DNA of 64,000 nt from an uncultured Pelagibacteraceae bacterium (GTDB lineage Bacteria > Pseudomonadota > Alphaproteobacteria > Pelagibacterales > AG-422-B15), in assembly GCA_902523535.1 (NCBI GenBank), contig CABYZQ010000004.1, positions 39,241 through 103,240 of the forward strand. The letters are read 5' to 3'. The notes under the pieces were generated by a model that was not told the DNA's origin, made no database searches, and saw nothing but the letters and a program-made list of their open reading frames with translations. Shown here piece by piece: positions 58,330 to 64,000 of the stretch (its first letter is position 1; the number at the start of each line of letters is the position of its first letter). The position numbers were made by a program, and so were the translations under genes.

Positions 58330-59067
58330 ATGTCTTCAAATAATATTTCAATTATCTTGGTTGATACTCAACTTCCTGAAAATATAGGTCTGGTTGCACG
58401 TTCCATGTATAATTTTGGTTTCTCTGACCTGAGGTTAGTCAATCCTAAATTAGATTGGCCATCAGAAAAGGCACATGCAGTATCAGTCGATGCTAAGTCA
58501 ATTATAGAGAGCACAAAAGTTTACTCTACCTTAAGAGAGGCACTCAGCGATTCCACACTCTCCATTGCTTATACGGCTCGAAAACGCGATATGAGTAAAC
58601 AATTCACTGACAATAAATCTATAATTAAGGAAATACATGATGAACGCAGCAATGATAAGTTAGCTGTTGTTTTTGGCGGTGAAGCATCAGGCTTGACCAA
58701 TGATCATCTTTCTTTAGTGACAAGGTGTGTGACGATTGATACGCATGAGAACTTTTCATCTTTGAATCTTTCACATGCAGTCAATGTATTTTGTTATTCG
58801 ATATTTTCATTAATGTATGATGATGAAAAAGTAGTTGATGAGAATTCACTAACGCGCGGCAATCAAAATGAATTGATGCATTTTTTTGATCATATTGAAA
58901 AAGAGTTGGAAAACAGAGGTTTCTTTCAACCCGAAGAAAAAATGCCAAAAATGAAACAAAATCTCAGGAATATCTTTCACCGGGCTGATCTCAGCGATAG
59001 GGAAATTGCAACACTGAGAGGAGTAGTCACGGTTCTGTCAGATTATAGGAAAACTGAGGAAATTTAG
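58330..59067 (+). CDS. SpoU/TrmH-family RNA 2'-O-methyltransferase (TrmJ-like)
   Basis: 245 aa with a SPOUT fold: [29 protein letters not shown], and LNLSHAV. Confidence 0.8.
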   Translation: MSSNNISIILVDTQLPENIGLVARSMYNFGFSDLRLVNPKLDWPSEKAHAVSVDAKSIIESTKVYSTLREALSDSTLSIAYTARKRDMSKQFTDNKSIIKEIHDERSNDKLAVVFGGEASGLTNDHLSLVTRCVTIDTHENFSSLNLSHAVNVFCYSIFSLMYDDEKVVDENSLTRGNQNELMHFFDHIEKELENRGFFQPEEKMPKMKQNLRNIFHRADLSDREIATLRGVVTVLSDYRKTEEI

Positions 59068-59076
59068 TATTCTGGT

Positions 59077-59104
59077 TTGACAATATTCAGGAAAACAGTA
59101 TAAA
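59077..59104 (+). promoter_or_regulatory. Candidate rpsD promoter (TTGACA-16 nt-TATAAA)
   Basis: TTGACA lies at 59077-82 and TATAAA at 59099-104, 17 nt upstream of the rpsD ATG. This is a sequence match only. Confidence 0.4.
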
Positions 59105-59120
59105 CCACGGATCACAATAT

Positions 59121-59738
59121 ATGACAAAACGAATAGCACAAAAACACAAAATCGATAGACGTCTAAGTGTTAACCTATGGGGAAGACCCAAAAGTCCATT
59201 TAATTTAAGAAAATACAGACCTGGCCAACATGGACAGAAGCATACTGGAAAACTATCTGACTACGGTGTTCAGTTGCATGCTAAGCAAAAACTAAAAGGC
59301 TATTATGGCAACCTAAATGAAAGACAATTCCGTAATTGTTATAAAGAGGCCATCAGACAAAAGGGTGACTCAGGAGAAAATTTAATCGCTCTTCTAGAAA
59401 GAAGATTAGATACGATTGTATATCGTTCAAAGTTTGTCCCAACTGTTTTTGCAGCACGACAATTCATCAATCATGGTCATGTCAAAGTAAATGGTAAAAG
59501 AGTAAATATTTCAAGTTATCGTGTTACTGAAGGCGATGTCATTGAAGTTAAAGATAAGTCTAAAGAAATGGCGATTGTTGTTGAAGCAATGAAAAGTCAA
59601 GAGCGTGATATTCCAGGCTATATTACTGTTGATGAAAAGAAATGTTCTTCAACATTTATTCGAACACCGCAGTTTGCCGAAGTTCCATATGCAACACAGA
59701 TGGATCCAAAACTAGTCATCGAGTATTATTCTCGATAA
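59121..59738 (+). CDS. rpsD: 30S ribosomal protein S4
   Basis: 205 aa with a canonical S4 N-terminus and the S4 RNA-binding domain ([11 protein letters not shown]...[15 protein letters not shown]). Confidence 0.97.
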   Translation: MTKRIAQKHKIDRRLSVNLWGRPKSPFNLRKYRPGQHGQKHTGKLSDYGVQLHAKQKLKGYYGNLNERQFRNCYKEAIRQKGDSGENLIALLERRLDTIVYRSKFVPTVFAARQFINHGHVKVNGKRVNISSYRVTEGDVIEVKDKSKEMAIVVEAMKSQERDIPGYITVDEKKCSSTFIRTPQFAEVPYATQMDPKLVIEYYSR

Positions 59739-59745
59739 ATCCCAA

Positions 59746-60852
59746 ATGAGTGCATCGCACTTTTTTTCAAAAGATTACTTTCAAGCACGAGATAGATTCA
59801 TTAAATCTATTAATGAACTGAAGGGCCAAGGCCATCAAGTTAGTCATGATACACTTACTTTAGATTGCAAAGGACCTAATCAAGAAAATCTTTGCATTGA
59901 TATTGCAACCATCGGATCAATCGATAGTGATAATCTATTACTATATAGTTCAGGCATTCATGGCGTTGAAGGATTTGCAGGTTCAGCTATTCAATTATCA
60001 GTTTTAGAGCAAATCAAAAATGCGAGCCCCATTGCTGACTATTGCATCGTTTTTATTCATATCATTAATCCATACGGCATGGCATGGCACAGAAGGGTGA
60101 ATGAAAATAATGTTGATATGAACAGAAACTTTATAAAGGATCATCAAGGTGAACCTGAAGGATATGAGAAAATAGATACTTTTTTAAATCCTAAAAGTGT
60201 ACCACCCAAATTAGATCTTATGTTTTTACCTCGAGGTATTAGTTTATTGTTAAAGTACGGTTTCACCAATGTGAAGCAATGGTTTGCACAGGGGCAATAT
60301 ACAAGACCACAGAGTTTACAATATGGCGGTGATGCACTTCAACAGGGACCTAAGATGATTTTAGATTGGCTGAAAAAAAATCTTAATAACACAAAAAAGG
60401 TTTTTGGTATAGATTTACATACTGGATTAGGCAAATCAGGATATGACACCATACTTGTGCCTGATGATATCAAAGAAGATAAATATAATATACTAGTTTC
60501 ACTTTTTGGTGATCATGTATCTCCACTTGATCCAACACAAGGAGTGGGTTACCGAATAACAGGAGATATTCACTCAGGTATAGTAAAAGAATTTTCATCA
60601 ATCGAGTGGTTAACAATCACCCAAGAGTTTGGAACATTTGGTCCTACAACTGTTTTCAAAAATTTAAGGGCTGAAAATAGATGGATGCAAAACAATCAAT
60701 TGAATAATGAAAAAGATATAATGAATCATTGGAGTAGAAAAAATCTATTAAACACATTCAATCCAAACAACAAGCGTTGGCAGCAAGATCTAATCAGCAG
60801 GGGCAATACTGTCTTTAAGTCTGTTCAGGAATATTTATCAAAGCTCGATTAG
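59746..60852 (+). CDS. DUF2817 / M14 carboxypeptidase-like protein
   Basis: 368 aa with SSGIHGVEGFAGS and NPYGMAWHRRVNENNVDMNRNF, an M14-like zinc-site pattern. Confidence 0.65.
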   Translation: MSASHFFSKDYFQARDRFIKSINELKGQGHQVSHDTLTLDCKGPNQENLCIDIATIGSIDSDNLLLYSSGIHGVEGFAGSAIQLSVLEQIKNASPIADYCIVFIHIINPYGMAWHRRVNENNVDMNRNFIKDHQGEPEGYEKIDTFLNPKSVPPKLDLMFLPRGISLLLKYGFTNVKQWFAQGQYTRPQSLQYGGDALQQGPKMILDWLKKNLNNTKKVFGIDLHTGLGKSGYDTILVPDDIKEDKYNILVSLFGDHVSPLDPTQGVGYRITGDIHSGIVKEFSSIEWLTITQEFGTFGPTTVFKNLRAENRWMQNNQLNNEKDIMNHWSRKNLLNTFNPNNKRWQQDLISRGNTVFKSVQEYLSKLD

Positions 60853-61178
60853 TCGTGGGCGATATTTTTTTCTTTTAATACCTCAGATAATTCACCAGTT
60901 TTATGCATATCTAATATAATGTCACAACCACCAATAAATTCTCCCTTTACATAAAGCTGAGGTATTGTTGGCCAATTTGTAAAATCTTTTATTCCTTGTC
61001 TTAATTCGTCACTTTCTAAAACATTAACGTCTTTATATTCGATATTCATAAATGATAGGGCATTTACAACAGCATTAGAAAATCCACATTCAGGTTGAAC
61101 TTTGGTGCCTTTCATAAAAAGAACAACATCATTTTGATCAACTATGTCTTTGATATTATTTTGTACTGTTTCGTTCAT
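60849..61178 (-). CDS. grxD: Monothiol glutaredoxin (Grx4 family)
   Basis: 109 aa with the CGFS active site and WPTIPQLYVKGEFIGGCDI. Confidence 0.95.
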   Translation of the reverse strand: MNETVQNNIKDIVDQNDVVLFMKGTKVQPECGFSNAVVNALSFMNIEYKDVNVLESDELRQGIKDFTNWPTIPQLYVKGEFIGGCDIILDMHKTGELSEVLKEKNIAHD

Positions 61179-61256
61179 AACACTACAATTAACTGCTTTT
61201 AATATTTATTCAATAATAAATATTCTATAAAAAATTCCTTTAGTTTTGATTATTTA

Positions 61257-63461
61257 CTATTGAGATATCTGTTTAATGCCCGTTTCGAAACTGCGTTTCA
61301 AAGCAGAAATGTGTTGATCACCTATATTTTTAATACTGATTTTGTCTCCACCAACTATGCCTATTTTTTCAAAATGAACATCATTATTATTTGCTAATTT
61401 TTGGCATTCATCATAATTATTGGGACTTACTTCTAATAGATAACGAGACTGATCTTCTGCAAAGAAATAGCCATGAGGAAAATTTGTTTTAATTTCTATT
61501 GTTATTCCAAGATTTCCTGACATACACATCTCCGATATAGCCACTAAAATACCTCCTTCTCCAACGTCATGTGCTGAAGTAATTAATTTTTGATTTATTG
61601 CATCCATTACAAAATTTCCATTTTTTAATTCAGTTTCTAAGTTAATTTCAGGTGTTCCACCTTCCTCTTTAGATTGGATAATAGATATATACTTTGAAAT
61701 ACCTAAGTGATTAGCTGTTTTCCCTACCACGCATAGAAAATTACCATCTTCTTTTAATGAAAGGGTTTTTACATTTGATAAATCTTTGATTAATCCGACA
61801 CCTCCTATGGCTGGAGTTGGATATATGCCTTCACCATTAGTTTCGTTGTAAAGTGAGACGTTTCCTGAAACGACAGGATAGTTTAATTTTGAACAAGCAT
61901 CGCCCATGCCTCTAATACACTCCACAAATTGTCCCATGATTTCTGGTTTCTCGGGATTACCAAAGTTCATACAATCTGTAATTGCAATTGGAAGGGCGCC
62001 AGAAGCTATTATATTTCTCCATGTTTCAACAACTGCATGCTTTCCACCTTCATAAGGGTTGTGTTTGCAATATACCGGAGAACAGTCTGTGCTCATGGCT
62101 AGTCCTTTATTTGTTCCGTGAACACGTACAACTGCTGCATCGGACCCTGGTCTTACCACAGTATCTGCCATGACCATATGATCATATTGTTCCCAGATCC
62201 ATTTTCGGCTACTAAGATCGGGATGCATGATCATGGTGTTTAAGTCCTTTAAAATATTTTTCTGATCGAAGTCTTCTGATTTGTATTCTTTAATTGGAGA
62301 TGGTTCTTCAACAATGTAATGTCTTTGATATTCAGGAGCATCTTCAACTAATATATTAATAGGTATACTGGCTTCTTCTTTGCCGTTCATCATGAGAATA
62401 AGTCTTTTTGTATCTGTTACTTTGCCAATCACTTCAAATTCAAGATCCCACTTCTTAAAAATGTCTCTGGCCATTTCTTCTTTTGATGGATCAAGGACCA
62501 TAAGCATGCGTTCTTGGCTTTCTGACAACATTAATTCGTATGCTGACATATTTTGTGCACGCATTGGCACTTTTGAAAGATCAATTTCTAAACCCACATC
62601 ACCTTTGGACGCCATTTCAATTGAAGAAGAAGTTAATCCAGCTGCCCCCATATCTTGAATTGCAATAATCGCTTCTTCTTTCATCAATTCGAGACAAGCT
62701 TCTAACAATAATTTTTCAGTGAATGGATCCCCAACCTGAACTGTTGGCTTTTTATCTTCTGAGTCCTCGTCGAATTCAGCAGATGCCATGGTTGCGCCGT
62801 GAATGCCATCACGTCCAGTCTTTGATCCTACATATACAACGGGGTTTCCAATTCCTGCCGCTGCAGAGTAAAAGATTTTATCTTTCTTTGCGATCCCAAC
62901 TGTCATGGCATTTACTAAAATATTGCCGTTGTATGAAGGATGAAAATTGACTTCACCACCGACGGTCGGCACACCAATACAATTGCCATATCCACCAATA
63001 CCACTGACAACGCCCGATAATAAATGTTTTGTTTTTGGATGGTTGGGTTCTCCAAATCTCAAGGCATTTAAATTAGCTACGGGGCGAGCACCCATTGTGA
63101 AGACATCTCGAAGTATGCCACCAACTCCAGTAGCCGCACCTTGATATGGCTCAAGGAAAGAAGGGTGATTATGGCTTTCCATTTTAAAGACAGCAACATC
63201 TCCGTCATCAATATCAATCACTCCAGCATTTTCTCCTGGCCCTTGTACAACTCGTTCACCCGATGTTGGAAGTTTTTTGAGCCAAAATTTTGATGATTTA
63301 TAAGAACAATGTTCATTCCACATAGCACTAAAGATACCCAGTTCAGTAAGATTAGGTTCTCTGCCTAAGCCTTCTACTATTTTTTCAAACTCATCAAGTT
63401 TGAGACCATGATTTTCAACAAGAGACTGCTCTGTTTGAAATAGCCAATTGTGGTTTGTCAT
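61257..63461 (-). CDS. purL: Phosphoribosylformylglycinamidine synthase subunit PurL (FGAM synthase II)
   Basis: 734 aa with typical duplicated AIR-synthase-like domains (HCSYKSS, ESHNHPS). Its ATG shares one base with the purQ stop (TAATG). Confidence 0.95.
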   Translation of the reverse strand: MTNHNWLFQTEQSLVENHGLKLDEFEKIVEGLGREPNLTELGIFSAMWNEHCSYKSSKFWLKKLPTSGERVVQGPGENAGVIDIDDGDVAVFKMESHNHPSFLEPYQGAATGVGGILRDVFTMGARPVANLNALRFGEPNHPKTKHLLSGVVSGIGGYGNCIGVPTVGGEVNFHPSYNGNILVNAMTVGIAKKDKIFYSAAAGIGNPVVYVGSKTGRDGIHGATMASAEFDEDSEDKKPTVQVGDPFTEKLLLEACLELMKEEAIIAIQDMGAAGLTSSSIEMASKGDVGLEIDLSKVPMRAQNMSAYELMLSESQERMLMVLDPSKEEMARDIFKKWDLEFEVIGKVTDTKRLILMMNGKEEASIPINILVEDAPEYQRHYIVEEPSPIKEYKSEDFDQKNILKDLNTMIMHPDLSSRKWIWEQYDHMVMADTVVRPGSDAAVVRVHGTNKGLAMSTDCSPVYCKHNPYEGGKHAVVETWRNIIASGALPIAITDCMNFGNPEKPEIMGQFVECIRGMGDACSKLNYPVVSGNVSLYNETNGEGIYPTPAIGGVGLIKDLSNVKTLSLKEDGNFLCVVGKTANHLGISKYISIIQSKEEGGTPEINLETELKNGNFVMDAINQKLITSAHDVGEGGILVAISEMCMSGNLGITIEIKTNFPHGYFFAEDQSRYLLEVSPNNYDECQKLANNNDVHFEKIGIVGGDKISIKNIGDQHISALKRSFETGIKQISQ

Positions 63462-64000
63462 TAATTTAAGATACTTTCAAAAATAGTCTTACCGTCTTCA
63501 CATCCGTGTGCCAATTCAGCAGCTCTTTCTGGGTGCGGCATCATGCCTAAAACATTCTTATTTTCATTAAGAATGCCAGCAATATTCTCAAGTGATCCAT
63601 TAGGATTTGAATGTTCACTGACATTTCCATTTTCATCACAATACTGGAAGGCTATTTGGTCATTGTCTTGAATTTTTTTTAATTGTTCAGAAGTTACAAA
63701 AAAATTACCTTCATTATGGGCTATAGGCATTTTTGCCACTTGAGTTTTTTTTGTGAATACTGAACTTTGATTTTTGGGCTTAATTAATATGTCTCTGCAT
63801 ATAAAGCTCAGACTACTATTTCTCATCAACGCACCATCTAATAATCCACTTTCTATCAGAATTTGGAATCCATTACATATTCCCAATACAGGAACACCTT
63901 CTTTAGCCTTTTTCACAACATCTTGCATAATAGGGGATGTTGATGCCATGGCGCCGCATCTTAAATAATCGCCATAAGAGAACCCGCCTGGCACAACGAT
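63461..64000 (-). CDS. purQ: Phosphoribosylformylglycinamidine synthase subunit PurQ (glutaminase), N-terminus outside window
   Basis: It has [11 protein letters not shown], the nucleophile motif GICNGFQ, and MMPHPER. The reading frame is open to the window edge. Confidence 0.9.
   Translation of the reverse strand: MVVPGGFSYGDYLRCGAMASTSPIMQDVVKKAKEGVPVLGICNGFQILIESGLLDGALMRNSSLSFICRDILIKPKNQSSVFTKKTQVAKMPIAHNEGNFFVTSEQLKKIQDNDQIAFQYCDENGNVSEHSNPNGSLENIAGILNENKNVLGMMPHPERAAELAHGCEDGKTIFESILN

Noticed and set aside
3820-63968. Many other 60-144-aa ORFs lie antisense to or out of frame with larger genes. Examples are 3820-4254, 4368-4622, 8469-8876, 9535-9783, 13980-14333, 14679-14981, 28502-28936, 29486-29719, 56850-57134, 62380-62658 and 63774-63968.
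   Set aside because: Each is fully embedded in a longer ORF with clear family motifs. Their translations are low-complexity or have no recognisable motif. They are typical shadow ORFs.

Overview
This is an AT-rich (about one-third GC by eye), very gene-dense chromosomal segment. It holds about 62 intact protein genes and two genes cut by the window edges. Many neighbouring genes are separated by 0-10 nt or overlap by 1-17 nt. I found no rRNA, tRNA, CRISPR array, transposase, integrase or phage gene. Several protein signatures point to a streamlined marine-type alphaproteobacterium: the rpoZ N-terminus MARITVEDC, the msbA-DUF374-waaA-lpxK-lpxL block, a plant/alpha-type GshA, a DUF2093-like ORF after xseA, and purQ-purL-grxD. 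Pelagibacterales or HIMB59-like is only a guess and needs a database search. Most content is housekeeping: hisZ/hisG, groESL, ribF-ileS-lspA, purD, xseA, lipid A/Kdo genes, ubiA, gshA, rpoZ, glmU/glmS, class II DAHP synthase, nadE, gltX, cysS, cimA, rpsD, grxD and purL/purQ. The clearest non-coding element is a textbook cobalamin riboswitch at 39285-39434. It sits upstream of a TonB-dependent receptor and a tightly linked 171-aa six-helix membrane protein, which together look like a minimal riboswitch-controlled B12 uptake module. The second theme is acyl-CoA metabolism. There are five acyl-CoA dehydrogenase (ACAD) paralogues, four of them in two tandem pairs that look heteromeric. Alongside them are an MFE-2-type 3-hydroxyacyl-CoA dehydrogenase, a crotonase, and an ACAD10/11-type kinase gene near an ACAD10/11-type dehydrogenase gene. 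Smaller oddities are a 237-aa RNA polymerase omega subunit with a repetitive acidic tail, an acidic lipoprotein coupled to lspA, a GroES with a Lys/Ser tail, a minimal PGI-family protein, and an unannotated 55-codon ORF in the longest convergent spacer. All functional calls rest on motifs recognised by eye in the supplied translations; no searches were run.
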